Shown piece by piece: positions 1 through 11,587 of a DNA stretch of 64,000 nt (the first letter of the stretch is position 1; the number at the start of each line of letters is the position of its first letter). Position numbers and translations under genes: made by a program. The notes below the pieces were generated by a model that saw nothing but the letters and a program-made list of their open reading frames with translations, was not told the origin of the DNA and did no database searches. This stretch comes from Spizellomyces punctatus DAOM BR117 (lineage: Eukaryota), in assembly GCA_000182565.2 (NCBI GenBank), contig KQ257466.1; one strand, written 5' to 3'.

Positions 1-1556
1 ATCCGCAAAAGATATCGGTGTCCAAGCAAAAGATATTCTTTTGTAGGCCCATGTTGTCCCGCCGCAAATTCCAATGACTGTACAGTCCCACGTTAGTCGA
101 GATTATGCGACATTTTCATCCAGAACAGACTAACCTTTAAATGTCTCCCCAAAAACGTCGTTAGAAAGAGTGACAAATTTTGAATAAATTGCTGCTCCGC
201 ATCCGAACTCGTTTCCCACGCTTTTGCTATATCTAAAAACTCAACCAATGAGCACCCGCCCGATGTTTGTTCATCCGCTGAACACGGGGATCTTACTCGT
301 CTCTGGTGGAAGCACGCTCGGTATGGTAGCGATTACGTGGTTATACATGAGCACAAACTTTTCCTGATACTCCGCCCCCAGTTGCAATCCAGCAATCTCG
401 GTGAAGCATTTTAGAGTCACGTTGCGGAATGCCGGAACACCGAGAAACTGTACATTGGTCAAATACGTGGCTATCAACATGATTAGGAAATCAACCTTGC
501 TCTTACCCGATTTTGAAGGATATTTATGAGATTGGTGTCAAAAATGTAGCCAAGGTTCATCCAGCTGAGGAATCGTAGGAGCGTCTCCAATGTTGCAATG
601 ATCAAGCTGGGTTTCTGGGCCTTTTCCAGCACAACGTGACAGAGTTGGAAAATCTCTGCACACTCGCCCAGCATGGTATTTTTTAGGTTTTGGGTTTTTT
701 TCGACGTCATTTGCTCCTCCGAAAAGTCGAAAATCTCCTCACTAAGCAAGTTAATATGGAGATTCCGAGAATACCCTGATAATGTGCCAAGACCCACCTC
801 AATAGCTTCAGAATGTTCATTGTATTCTCGCAAAGGGCCAGATTCGTCTTACTCGAGTTTACAATTTCAGGAATGAAGGTAGGCCAGTTGTGAGGCCATT
901 CGTGTTTTAGGATCTAACGAGGTCATTGGTCTCATAATTCACACCTTCAAGCCCCAAAAACGTGTTTACCTGTACGAGGACCATGTTCAGCTTTGCCAGT
1001 ACAAGTCTGTTCTTTTCTAATGCTTCATCTGTACTTGAATTCTTTACAATAAACGCGACAACAAAGTTTTGAATTCCTACGCGTGGACCATTTGTCAATA
1101 AGTGGAAAGATATGCAGGTTTTGTATCTTTACCTCCTCGTTCTCCTTGGGGGAGCGCTTTCCACATTGTTTTGATCAGATTCTCCAATATTTGTAGAGCA
1201 AGGTACTATAGATGTATGAGCATCGTCAGATAAACAGTAACAATTCAGCAACCTTGGCTGTTGGGCCGTACCTTTGCTTGCAACACTTGCGACCGCTCCA
1301 AGATAGCATCCACGCGCTTCCAAGCATCAGGATGTTGTCGAAATTGCTCCAAAATCATGTTCGCCTGAGCTTGCTGCAAGTAGACAGAAGAAAAAGAAAG
1401 GTTGAGCACAATATCAACCTATGGGTGCGTCGAGGCATGCTCGTTCGCCCGGATCTCTAGTTTTCGTACCTCTGGTCCACCGAGGAACATTGTGTTTACC
1501 ACGCGGTCAAACAGACCAATATCCAGGTCCGTCCCAAAGTCCAAAATTCCCTCCAT
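1..1556 (-). CDS. CRM1: Exportin-1 (CRM1/XPO1), 5' part, multi-exon, runs off the window start
   Basis: Spliced translation from the ATG at 1556: [116 protein letters not shown]. These are hallmark Crm1 N-terminal sequences, separated by GT-AG introns. Confidence 0.95.
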
Positions 1557-2335
1557 AGTGTCAGCAAGTAGCGCAGTCAAAGGTGGTGTCGTAGCAAAAG
1601 TCTGTGAGGTCCGGGAGTGTACGGTTGAAGGGGGTGATGACTGGCAAAATGCACCGTAGGCGTCGAAAAAACTCGGCGTTCGTTCCTATTTGACCCTGTC
1701 CACACAGTTTTATTTTTGCCTGCACGACAGGCCCGTCGCCGATGAACGCTGTGAAAAAAAAAAAAAAGCGGATGCGTGGATGCGATCAGCAATGGATCGT
1801 TTCCTATGGGCGACCTTTTCAAATAATGTTGAAGTTTGTCCGGCACGAGGGGATAGTTTTTACAGTCACATTAAAAGAGTCGCTGTGCCGCTAGATAAGA
1901 AAGCTGTGCCGATCATTAGTCTGTGCCACTCAATGTCACGGGCTTCAGACATCTTCTTAGAAAGCTGCCACGTAAAGACCTCCAGCAACTGAACTTCCTG
2001 TCCAGCTCACCTCGAGGCACAGGGGAAATTAGCAATGAAAAAACAAGGAACTCTGAACAATCCCGACGACCGAAAACTACATTGGTATAAAGGCCAGCCC
2101 CCACAACCACAATCGTTCAGCTATTGGTGTGAATAGCGACACCTGCCGCTGTCACAAGAACGAGTAAAACATGTTTACCATCCACTTTTGCGCAGAATGA
2201 AGAGCGTCGTCAGACATTTTTACCAACCCAACGCGCAGAGTTCTTTCCCATCACATTCTGACCAAGATGCTCATTGAAAAAGACCATTCCAGGCGCGACT
2301 CGACTCAGACTTGTGTAGAATAGTGTAGAGATGAC

Positions 2336-2625
2336 AGAAACTGGGACTAGCTACTACACCAGGGAATAAACTCTTGATGGCATTGAAGCCAGACTCTTGC
2401 ATCCAGGAGCGAATCGACTGGGCAGCGTCACAAGCTGGGGGATTTTCAGTGACAAGGCTTGGAGACTAAAGCTGCATGTCAGACAGAATGGCAGAATGAA
2501 AAGAGATGATGCCATTGGTACATACCAACCAAGCTCAACATATGTGGCAGTATAATAGCAGCTTTGTTGGTTCCGAGTGGTTGCTGCTGGTTCCAGTTGG
2601 TTGTAGTCAGGTGGGCGAGGTCCTC
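2336..2625 (-). repeat. Dispersed repeat / decayed intron-containing gene fragment (family B), copy 1; carries the empty LTR insertion site
   Basis: The reverse complement aligns by eye with 9395-9512 plus 9832-10060 (shared CTGACATGCAGxTTTAGTCTCCAAGCC, CTGGCTTCAATxCCATCAAGAGTT, TTCCCTGGTGTAG, TTGGTATGTAC). It includes a GTATGT...TGCAG intron-like segment. Confidence 0.8.
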
Positions 2626-3394
2626 GACACCACCACATCTGCATTCTCATGATTGGACCGAGTTGCGATGAGACTTGCCATGTGGGTCGTGATGAGAGTT
2701 GCGCAGATGGTTTGAGAGTCGAGGAACTGGTGAGGAAGGGGAGAGACAGCAAAAGGCCCCCCTTTTATAGACCTTTGGCATGTGCCTCACCGCAGTTTAA
2801 AAAAAAAACATTACATGCATGCCACACCAATCTGAGTGATAGAGGGGGTGCTGATTATGTGATATGACCAACAGGATTAATCCGGATAATAATGGGTCCT
2901 AGTGCCATTTTCAATCACCTCCACACTATGTTCAATGCGTTCCAAAGATTTGATGCACAAAATTGGCTGGACATAGTACTAAGAATATGCGACGGATTAA
3001 TGGGAAACAAAACACCCTCATGGGAGGCACGAAGATCCCCTTTATTTATGGGTTTACCCTTACATGGCGTCCGCCAGGGTAATGATCCTAGATTCCATTT
3101 TGGAACAAGTGAGCTTAAAAGTGAAATGTGACAATGCGTAGATAGTTTACGATCAGACATTGTATAATCAGGATCAAAAAGTAAGTAGTGTGCAAAAATG
3201 ACAGTATATTATCAGTAAAACTATCCAGCTCCAAATACACACGCGCAACACACACACACATACACACAGAAACGATACTACATGTCACAAAAAAAGGATC
3301 AGATACAAACTCTATGCAATCAACGTTGTTAATAAAAAGTGTCCATTTTTCTGGCGGCATTTCCAAATCTCTCGGCTCCTCTCTATCTCGGCAT

Positions 3395-4348
3395 TTAATA
3401 TCTCGGCTGCGATGACGTGTCATAGCCCTGATATGCAGCGTACGGCCCGTGACCAGGCGCATAGGCATCGTACCCAGCCGTAGAATGAGCGGCTGCGGTT
3501 GCATAAGGCGGAGCATAAGCATATTCATAGGGTACATAGGCTTCCTGTGGCTGGGCCGAGACAGGGGCGCCAAAGGGCGTGACACTGGGCGATTGGGAAA
3601 CGTGAATCGTGTCGTGAAGAAAGCGTTTGTCGCGGTCCTGGGGGCCGGGCACGGGACTGGTGGAAGGGGACGAAGGTTGGGTAGGTGTGGGGCTGACCCC
3701 GGGTGCGTCCAGATCCGCCAGACGACCGCGAAAGCGTTTCGAGGGTTTAAGCCCCAATTTGCGAAAGACAAAAATGCCAACACCGGCAATGACAATGGCA
3801 GCCCCACCGACCGACAAACCAATAATGACGGACGTGCTGCTGCTCTTTTTTGTCGTGTCTCCTGCCTCGCTATCAGGAGCGGGGACGCCTGAGGTCGTTG
3901 CCTTTGGATTACGTGTGTTTACGTTTCCCTGCCCACTAGGCCTATTTGTCACGGTGACAATAACGGTTGGAGCGCCATTATCGCCTGTTCGAGTAATGAC
4001 GACGGTCTCTGAAGGCGGGGCATTGGTGATGGGAGGCGGGGAGACTGTGCGAGACGGTGCCGGAGCGTCTGACGTGGTGATTGGCGGGTCGGGTGAAGGA
4101 GACTGTTGGGACGGCGTCGGGGAGGAGGATGGAGTGGGGGATTGCTGAGTGGAAGGTGGGACTGTCGCAGGGTTACTGGTTCCAGAGGGAGCCTGACGTG
4201 CGTACAGCATGGGCACCCCTATTCTCCCGTGTATCTCGTGGGAGAGTTTCAAGAGGGCCGTCGCCTTTTCCTCCTCTTTGTTGGCAGCGGTGCATAACCA
4301 TGGGCACGACAAGAGGAGGAGGAGGATTGAAACGACGAATGACTTCAT
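3395..4348 (-). CDS. Single-pass type I membrane protein, Mid2/Wsc/SKG6-like cell-surface sensor architecture
   Basis: Intronless 317-aa ORF with a signal peptide (MKSFVVSILLLLLSCPWLCTAA), an S/T/P-rich ectodomain, one TM (VIIGLSVGGAAIVIAGVGIFVF), a basic stop-transfer (RKLGLKPSKRFR) and a Tyr-rich cytoplasmic tail. Confidence 0.75.
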   Translation of the reverse strand: MKSFVVSILLLLLSCPWLCTAANKEEEKATALLKLSHEIHGRIGVPMLYARQAPSGTSNPATVPPSTQQSPTPSSSPTPSQQSPSPDPPITTSDAPAPSRTVSPPPITNAPPSETVVITRTGDNGAPTVIVTVTNRPSGQGNVNTRNPKATTSGVPAPDSEAGDTTKKSSSTSVIIGLSVGGAAIVIAGVGIFVFRKLGLKPSKRFRGRLADLDAPGVSPTPTQPSSPSTSPVPGPQDRDKRFLHDTIHVSQSPSVTPFGAPVSAQPQEAYVPYEYAYAPPYATAAAHSTAGYDAYAPGHGPYAAYQGYDTSSQPRY

Positions 4349-5196
4349 GATGGACTCAAAGAGCCTCTATCTGCATCCGCTCCAGAGTCCACAAAAGCGA
4401 TAAGACTAATGATTCCAATGACGACGGCAACGACAACGGTGGGCGATGGGCGATGGACGACGGCAACAATGAAAAAGAGGTGAAAAGTTCAGTGTGAGAA
4501 TTTCCCTCCTTTTTTGTTCGTATCCTCATTCCATTGTGAATAAGATGCATTGGAATGTAAGCGATAGCGAATTTGTGTTCCCATTGAACCAAGCAAAATC
4601 AAAGTTCAGTCATTTGTGTCATTTGTGTGGTTTGAAACGGAGGGGAAATGGTTTATCCTCCGTCCGCATGAGGCGATGCAAGCAGGACATGGCATGTGCG
4701 CCCAGAGAATATACGTGCACAGGATGGAAGCGGTGCAGAGAGTGTGTGGGGGATCGAGTGCATGCGATGAACAGACAGCGAGGCGAGCGACAAAAGGTGA
4801 TGCCAGATTGTTGAGACGGTATACAACGACTCTTCCCTCCTCCAGTGTTGCTAAAACCTTCACAAGGAAGCGCTATGGACTCGTGTCGTATGCCTAGGAA
4901 CGTGTCTCTTCCTAGTTCTAGTGACATGCCTATGGAGTGGAAGTAATCTAGAGGGTCATGCCGTCCAAAGGACAACTGGATGGCGGAGCTTCCGCCCATA
5001 TGCGTGACAGCGGCACAGCAACGATTGGAATGAAACTCTGTTCTTGTGAAACGCGCATGCTGTGCCACCTGCCATAGCACGTGATATCAGATGATACGTG
5101 TCATTCAACGCTTTGCTCGCGTTCGTTGCCCTCGTCGTTTTCCTTGCACTTGTCGTCGTCACCGTCGTCGTTGTCATCGTTGGCATCGTTGTCATC

Positions 5197-5688
5197 ATGA
5201 AAGTTGTTGCAGACTTTTGTCTCATTCCATTGGGTGTGGGCACATCTGTATGTCCATCTTGCTATGCACTCAACTGGCAACACCTCACTCACACGAAATT
5301 CGCTCCCAGCTGACAAAGTATGTGGCCATTGTCCAGCAGACCCTCCAGGCCTCTCCCCACATCAAGTACCTCATGCACTCGTGTGGCACAAACATTGGTA
5401 GGGAACATGACATGCGACAAATGGATGCATGAGTGTCAGAGCATGAATTGGCATATCATCTTTTTTCGCATTGGATTCATCATGTACTTTCCGGATCTTA
5501 CAGAGGGAGAGTGGGACCATGTCATGGAGGCCATTAAATCCTGCCATACCTCCCTTCACACTCGCCACGCCGTCCCTCGCATCCACACGACTGTTCGCAT
5601 CGGAACCCGCATCGACAAGGATTCGTCCATTCAGGAAAAAATCGATCGAGTCAAGAGTGAACTAGAGTCGTCGTCATCGTCATCGTAG
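5197..5688 (+). CDS. Thiamine-binding/UPF0045 (Ecm15/YqgV-like) family protein, 3 exons
   Basis: Spliced: MKVVADFCLIPLGVGTS|LTKYVAIVQQTLQASPHIKYLMHSCGTNI|EGEWDHVMEAIKSCHTSLH..PRIHTTVRIGTRIDK. This fits the family pattern ADFCLIP..GTxIEGEWD..RIGTRxDK. Introns at ~5248-5309 and ~5398-5503. Confidence 0.85.
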
Positions 5689-5828
5689 CAGGTCTGCATG
5701 ATGTGTCTGAATACAAATCATCCCTTTTACTAATGAGACATGCCAGATACACTCTGCCTTTCAGTGCGCTGCAGAGAGTGGACGACATTGTATATTCAGT
5801 GCAGTGCAACATCACTGTTCAAACAACA

Positions 5829-6494
5829 TCACTGTTCAAATTGCGTGTAAAAATTTTGTAAAGCCTCCTTCTTTTCCTCTTGGCTGTTTGCATCCGCAAA
5901 TGCTTGGCACATGAATTCACTCCACTGCACGAAAAAGGCTTCAAACGACTCTGACACGGGTGCAACCGCTTCCTTGCCTTCCAAATCCCCATAGTAAACA
6001 TTTCCAAATGCCACCTTTGACTTTTTCGATCCATTGACCAGGCACACCCAGAACCCCATCTCCTGTCCGATAACATCCAGTTCCTCATCATAGTCCATCT
6101 CAATCCTCACAAGACTTGATTCGGTCGGGTGAATATCACCACCCACCACGGGCAAACCAAAATCCGCGTCCGGAGACGCCTCCGTGTCGTGCGTCAGTAA
6201 AAGAAACTCTGAAATCCCTGCCGGAATGCGGACAAGGGGTCTCTTGTCCTCTGGTATCAAGTCCAGCAATTCCGAAAAGACCTCTGACATGTCGTCCGGG
6301 TCTCGTACGGCTTTGATGGAGCCAAACTCGACGGGAAACGCTGAGCGCAACTGATCCAACGCCGACCGCAATTGGGTTTGAATCTCGGCGCGAGCGCTCC
6401 GTATGAATGCATCTTGCTGCCCTCTAGGCACGTCCTCGATCCCTGCATACTCTACCAACGCCCTCCAGTCCAGTTCATCCTCATTGTCGCTCAT
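5829..6494 (-). CDS. SMI1/KNR4 (SUKH superfamily)-like domain protein
   Basis: Intronless acidic ORF from the ATG at 6494. The segments VRIPAGISEFLLLTHD and FGNVYYGDLEGKEAVAPVSESFEAFFVQW resemble the SUKH 'lP.dy..Fl' and 'G.Vy......vA.SF.eFl' motifs. Confidence 0.6.
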   Translation of the reverse strand: MSDNEDELDWRALVEYAGIEDVPRGQQDAFIRSARAEIQTQLRSALDQLRSAFPVEFGSIKAVRDPDDMSEVFSELLDLIPEDKRPLVRIPAGISEFLLLTHDTEASPDADFGLPVVGGDIHPTESSLVRIEMDYDEELDVIGQEMGFWVCLVNGSKKSKVAFGNVYYGDLEGKEAVAPVSESFEAFFVQWSEFMCQAFADANSQEEKKEALQNFYTQFEQ

Positions 6495-6818
6495 TCTTGG
6501 CCAAAATTCAGATAAAAAAAGCCCCAAAATGAAAAAGCCCCAATGTCCGTATCACGTGGTTTCGGACTGCTTAGTAGCCCCTTTTGTGTGAAAAGAAAGG
6601 TGTGAAGGAAGGGGGAAGGGCGGGACGGAAGACGGAATTTGGTTTGGGCATTTCTTCCATCTGGCCATTTGGGTGAAATTTGTAGAAACCATTTCCATTG
6701 GGAACTGTGAACGACGCAGAGACGATTTGCCAGCGCTGAACACTGTAATAACTGACGCTACGCACACACACACATTTGCGCCTTCATTACCACCAACAGC
6801 ACGAGTACTTGTTTGACT

Positions 6819-8678
6819 ATGCCGGCAACCTATTTGCGAATAACGATAACACCACATCGGCCGGGGTCTTTGCCGGGGTACGACGGTGACCGGCGAGTCG
6901 AGTGGTCCATTGCCGAAGACGCCGTCTCCATTGCAGAGGCACAGCGCAAGACGAGGGATGCCCTGAGGGTTTTGCGGGCGTTTTGGGAGGAAGGGGCTCC
7001 GGGTGGCTTGCGGTTTGCAGAGTTTGCCAAAACAGTATTGGCGGATGGTCCGAGCTCGCCAACGACACCTGTACCAACTACAAGAGGCAAGCTGGGTTCT
7101 AGCGAGGACGGGGATGATGACTCAGGAGAGGATCAAATCGACTTGGTGGATCCACTAGCGGAAAAGCTCGTTCGTCACCCCAATGTACTTCCCGCATTCC
7201 TCTCGGATCTCCGCGACTGGGATTCCTTTCGGTTATTGTTGCGCCGGCATGGAGGCGAGGTGCCTTTTGAAGGAAATGGCTCGCCGGTGCAGGCCGTAAC
7301 GTCTCGTGCTAATGCTGCTGGTGGTGACTTGAACACTGCCCTCGTGCAGTCCAACGCGGCGACAGCCGATAATAGCAGCACGAGTGAACACTCGTCCTCG
7401 TCATCTCCACCTTTGACACAACCTCCCCCTGGCGCCACGTCGGTTCTCCTCTCAGCCCTTGCCACCCGCGAACGTCAATGGCAAGATGAGCGTGCTTCGC
7501 TCCATGCCGCTCTCTGGGCCGCTGGAGAGCAGGTTCGTACATTGGTAGCAACACTCACAGACGCTCTGGAAAAAGTGGCTGCCATTTCGGATGGCGCAAC
7601 CGACTGCAACTCGGTCCCGTCTCGTACTTCCAAAACAGTGCGATGGGACGAACTCGTTCTCAAACGCGAGGTCATACGCGAAAGTGCCGCACAGTGGGGT
7701 CTTGGCCCGTCAGACGGTAACCATTTGGACTGGAGGGAAGCAGAGTGGCTCAAGGAACTCGCTAAGCAGGAGCAAGTAGTTCGTGCCCGTGGTGACTCGG
7801 GCCCAGGCTTAAATTTCTCTCTTGAAGATATCTTGGCAGTTGTGAAAGCTGGAAGGCGACTGACCAATCATGGCGCTACGGATGAAAAGGACGGTTACAT
7901 GTATGTGACTGAACAACACAACGACGACGACCATGACGAGGATGACGATACTGAAGAGGATATCGAGGATGACATGGTGGATGCTCGGCAAGCTCCCTTA
8001 CCACACGGCAACAGTGGACCAACCGCATCCGTCATTGATCTCAACGGTCATGCTCAACAAGAACGACAGCCGGACGATGAGGACGAAGACGACACAGAGT
8101 CCGAGGACGAAACCAATGCAGCCATGCTCACGGCTCGATTGGAACAACTCCGGAAATTGGCTGATCTGGCCGTTGCAAACGCGGCTGGATCTGCAGACTC
8201 GGAACCCGTTCAAGGGGCAGCACCTTCCGCCGAGCAAGTGCAAGACGCTGTCCATGTCCCAGCTGCCGCCCCGTTACCTCCCATCGAAGAAGCGGAAGGC
8301 GAGCCCAACGACCCATCAGCCTCCTCTGAAACTCCCAAAGCCGACACACCCATCCTCATTGCCTCTGGACGCCGCCCCCGCTCCCGTCCCTCTCTAGACA
8401 CCCCACCCGTCCTCATCGCCTCGGGACGCCGCGACCGCCCAAGCTCCACGGACTCTACCACTACCACTCCGCCTAAAATGGAACCAACCCCCCCGTCCAC
8501 CCCTCCCCCGAGCGTCGTTGACACCCCCGCCCAACTTGTAACAAAACAACGGGACGAACCCATCACGTTTACGGAGGCTTTGGCTCTAGATAAACTTTCT
8601 CCTGTAGAAAAGAAGCGGACTTCGAGCTTGGTGAAACGGGTCTGGAGAAAGATGAGCGGAGAGTTTAAAGTCAAATAG
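6819..8678 (+). CDS. Hypothetical low-complexity/disordered protein (~619 aa) with coiled-coil and acidic tracts
   Basis: Long intronless ORF with the first ATG at 6819, D/E- and P/T-rich stretches and a T-rich 3' flank. No family recognised. Confidence 0.75.
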   Translation: MPATYLRITITPHRPGSLPGYDGDRRVEWSIAEDAVSIAEAQRKTRDALRVLRAFWEEGAPGGLRFAEFAKTVLADGPSSPTTPVPTTRGKLGSSEDGDDDSGEDQIDLVDPLAEKLVRHPNVLPAFLSDLRDWDSFRLLLRRHGGEVPFEGNGSPVQAVTSRANAAGGDLNTALVQSNAATADNSSTSEHSSSSSPPLTQPPPGATSVLLSALATRERQWQDERASLHAALWAAGEQVRTLVATLTDALEKVAAISDGATDCNSVPSRTSKTVRWDELVLKREVIRESAAQWGLGPSDGNHLDWREAEWLKELAKQEQVVRARGDSGPGLNFSLEDILAVVKAGRRLTNHGATDEKDGYMYVTEQHNDDDHDEDDDTEEDIEDDMVDARQAPLPHGNSGPTASVIDLNGHAQQERQPDDEDEDDTESEDETNAAMLTARLEQLRKLADLAVANAAGSADSEPVQGAAPSAEQVQDAVHVPAAAPLPPIEEAEGEPNDPSASSETPKADTPILIASGRRPRSRPSLDTPPVLIASGRRDRPSSTDSTTTTPPKMEPTPPSTPPPSVVDTPAQLVTKQRDEPITFTEALALDKLSPVEKKRTSSLVKRVWRKMSGEFKVK

Positions 8679-9394
8679 TCTTTTTGTAGATTTCCGCAGG
8701 GTGGTATTGATTTTTTTCCTTTATATAATGTTGATTAGCTTTTATTGTTTTCCTATGTGTTTTGAGTTTTATTATGCTTCTTTTTGGATTTAGCTTGTGA
8801 ATTGTCTTTTTTTTTTCTGGAGTTTTAATAGTCTTGTTTTGTTATGTTTCCTTTTTGCATGTTTAAACATTCCACTTGGTATTTTATGCACAATGAGATA
8901 TAATCCCGCTCCTCTCTGTAACTCCAATATTCCCTGCATTTGCCCAGCCCTATTCATTGATATTCACCCGCATCAGTAGATACATAGCCTAACCTAACCG
9001 TAACACCGGGAGTTCCACCGCCATGATGGCTGTTGGAACCATCAGCCTTGCCCTTGCTCTTTACTACGAAATGCAACGTAACCCCGACCTTTTGACCACC
9101 AAGGCCGCAGATGTCAGGCAGGCACTGGGGCTCAAGTTGCCAGGAGGCTTCAAAATGAAAGACGGTCCTACACAAGACGTTGTTGGTGAAGACGTTTCAA
9201 CCAGGAGCCGTTTCCGTCTGTCTCAGTGCATCATATAAGAGTCTTGATGCTCTGAGACAGGGGTCATACATACAGTGATTATACAGTGGTAGACTTCATC
9301 TAGCTGAACAAACCATATTCCCATAGGGAACCCTACTTGATATGTGCTGGTACTGAACCACGTCAGGAACACACACACACACAAGAGTATGACA

Positions 9395-10060
9395 GCCACG
9401 TCCACCCAACTGCAATAGCAATAGGAATTGGTTGCTACCACAAAGATTTGCTATTAAAGGTACTATTATGCTACTGCATGAACGGTGCTTGATTGGTATG
9501 TACTGATGGCATTGTTGGGTAAAGTCAAGTTATTGGTGTTTGCCTGCAACTAGACTTGTTGCACTTGAGAGGTCGATAGCTCTGTTAGAAGCTATGCTGG
9601 AGAATGGCTCTGGGCACCTTGTGTGTCAAGAGAGATCACAGGGTGGCAACCTGACTTTGACCTCTAATTTTGGGCACATAAGACAACTAACTAAGAATAA
9701 GTTTTGCAAGCTTGTAGCGCGGATTCAGGGCTTTCTAGAACCGTTTTGGTCTTGTTGATAAGTTAACAACTCGCCTAGTTATGCAAGTTACCGTCCCATG
9801 ACAATCTCGATGAAATTAATGAATTTCAACAGGCATCATATCTGTTCCATTCTGTCATCTGGCTGACATGCAGTTTTAGTCTCCAAGCCTTTGTTCACAA
9901 AAATCCTCCGGCTTGCGAGTCTCACTGATGTTAACTCTCTTGCGAAGACTCTGGCTTCAATCCCATCAAGAGTTCCGGATCAACGTCCAAGCTTAAATTA
10001 GCTTTTCCGAACCGGTTGTCGCCGGTTTCTTCCCTGGTGTAGTTAGCTAGTGTCAGTTTC
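9395..10060 (+). repeat. Dispersed repeat family B, copy 2, interrupted by a solo LTR
   Basis: Homologous in inverted orientation to 2336-2625 on both sides of the 9513-9831 insertion. It also has ~55 extra nt near 9975-10030. Confidence 0.75.
9513..9831 (+). mobile_element. Solo LTR (~319 bp) with 5-bp target-site duplication GGCAT
   Basis: Starts TGTTG and ends CAACA, flanked by GGCAT at 9508-9512 and 9832-9836. The paralogous uninterrupted locus near 2510 has a single GGCAT. Confidence 0.85.
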
Positions 10061-10607
10061 TTCTATGTAAGCAGTGTATATGTCATCTCGTAAGCTCTTC
10101 CTGTGTCCCATGCTCATACCTAAACTTAACCCTAAGGTATAATGTTTGGTTGCGTGGTATATAGATATTCATAGTATGGTAGCATCTATAAAGAGACAAT
10201 GGTGCGCGTGGTGCTGCTGGCTGTCCATTGTTCCTGGTGTCTAAACAATGGAATTTCCTTATCTTCAATCATGACCCCAGAAAAACATGCCCCACACTTT
10301 GACGCAAATTAGACTGCGGTTAATGCACATAACGTTCATAAAAGCTTCATATTTCGTCCCGCCAGTTCTGTCAAACCTGCCTGAGAAATCGGTTATGTCA
10401 TAACTTATTCATACCTATCAAAAGTAACTTGAAAGATCAGCCTGAAATTTAGCAGTCCTATCCTACTCTTCCTTATTCCATACGTTTACCAAAATACCAG
10501 CGAATTGATTCCCTCGGTTGCCGGGTTTGTTGCCACCACCTCTTCTGACCTTCTAGTTCAACCAAGAACTTATCTTGTAAACATTAGTAACGAATCCACC
10601 ACGCAGA

Positions 10608-11587
10608 ATGATCACGCTTCGAGAACAACGTCAAGTCGGGATCTTATTCACGGGGTTCGCTCTCGGAATCACCTCCTCAGCCCTCATAAACTGGTCACGA
10701 AAACACCCAAAAAACAGGAACGTCATACTTCAGCTCTATTCCATCCTCCTCTCCGCCGTCGCCAACATTCTCATGTTTATCATTGCCCACGAGATCCTTA
10801 ACGATCGGTACGGTAAACCAGCAACAATTGCATCCTTCCTGGCCAACAATTGTAGCGACTTTCAGCAGTACTTTTTGACTTACTTTTCCGTGATCCGATT
10901 CGAATCACTCATTTACCCACGCAACCGGCGGGCAACGTGGGGGATTAGATCGTGGGCATTCCTCATAGTTGCGCTTTACTTTATCGACCACCTGATGACG
11001 TACATTGCAATGGCGAAATGCAACATGGAAAACGTTGCGACTTTTATCCAAAGTTACTACTTCAACAGTATCGGTAAATCCTCCGCGATGGCCGGATTGT
11101 TCCTCTACCTCGTCATGGTCCTCGTGGTGGACATCTGGCTCATCGTCAAGATTCGAGACTCGCAAAAAACGTTGACAAAGGGTGTCAACCTCCAAGCAAG
11201 CCATACTCAAATCGCTATTATAATCATGTGTGTTGTGGTGAAGCTCGCCGAATCCGCTTTCAAGCTGGTGAGCGTACTCACCACCTATGGCGCGCTGGAC
11301 TCGTACATCCGGGGCATCACCTGCGCGATCGAGATTTGGTCCATTACCGAGCTTGGCGTTACGGTGGAGGAGATTATGAAAGTTAAGCGTCCCGGACAGT
11401 CGAGCGATCCTCCTAGTCAAGAAACGCGGGAAGGAGGTAAAAACTTGTACCTTTTACCAAGGGTGTTTGGAAAGAGCGCGGAGAGTAAATTTTCTTTTAA
11501 ATACTCAAATGGTTTCTTGTTTTTACAACAGCTTTAGCGGATGACCCGACCAATATCCGCAGGAACACACACAAGTCCCCGGCTTGA
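10608..11587 (+). CDS. Orphan multi-pass (about 7TM, GPCR-like) membrane protein
   Basis: The 309-aa ORF has about seven hydrophobic segments, an 'SVIRF' at the end of predicted TM3 and a polar C-tail. A probable intron at ~11437-11537 gives a stop at 11585-11587. Confidence 0.65.

Noticed and set aside
5098-5196. Hydrophobic N-terminal extension (LVVVTVVVVIVGIVVI) on the ECM15-like protein
   Set aside because: It comes from a GTC/ATC microsatellite with no in-frame ATG, and the family normally starts at the MxxxADF position.
10608-11587. Rhodopsin/opsin
   Set aside because: No retinal-binding lysine motif in the predicted last helix and no opsin signature recognised.
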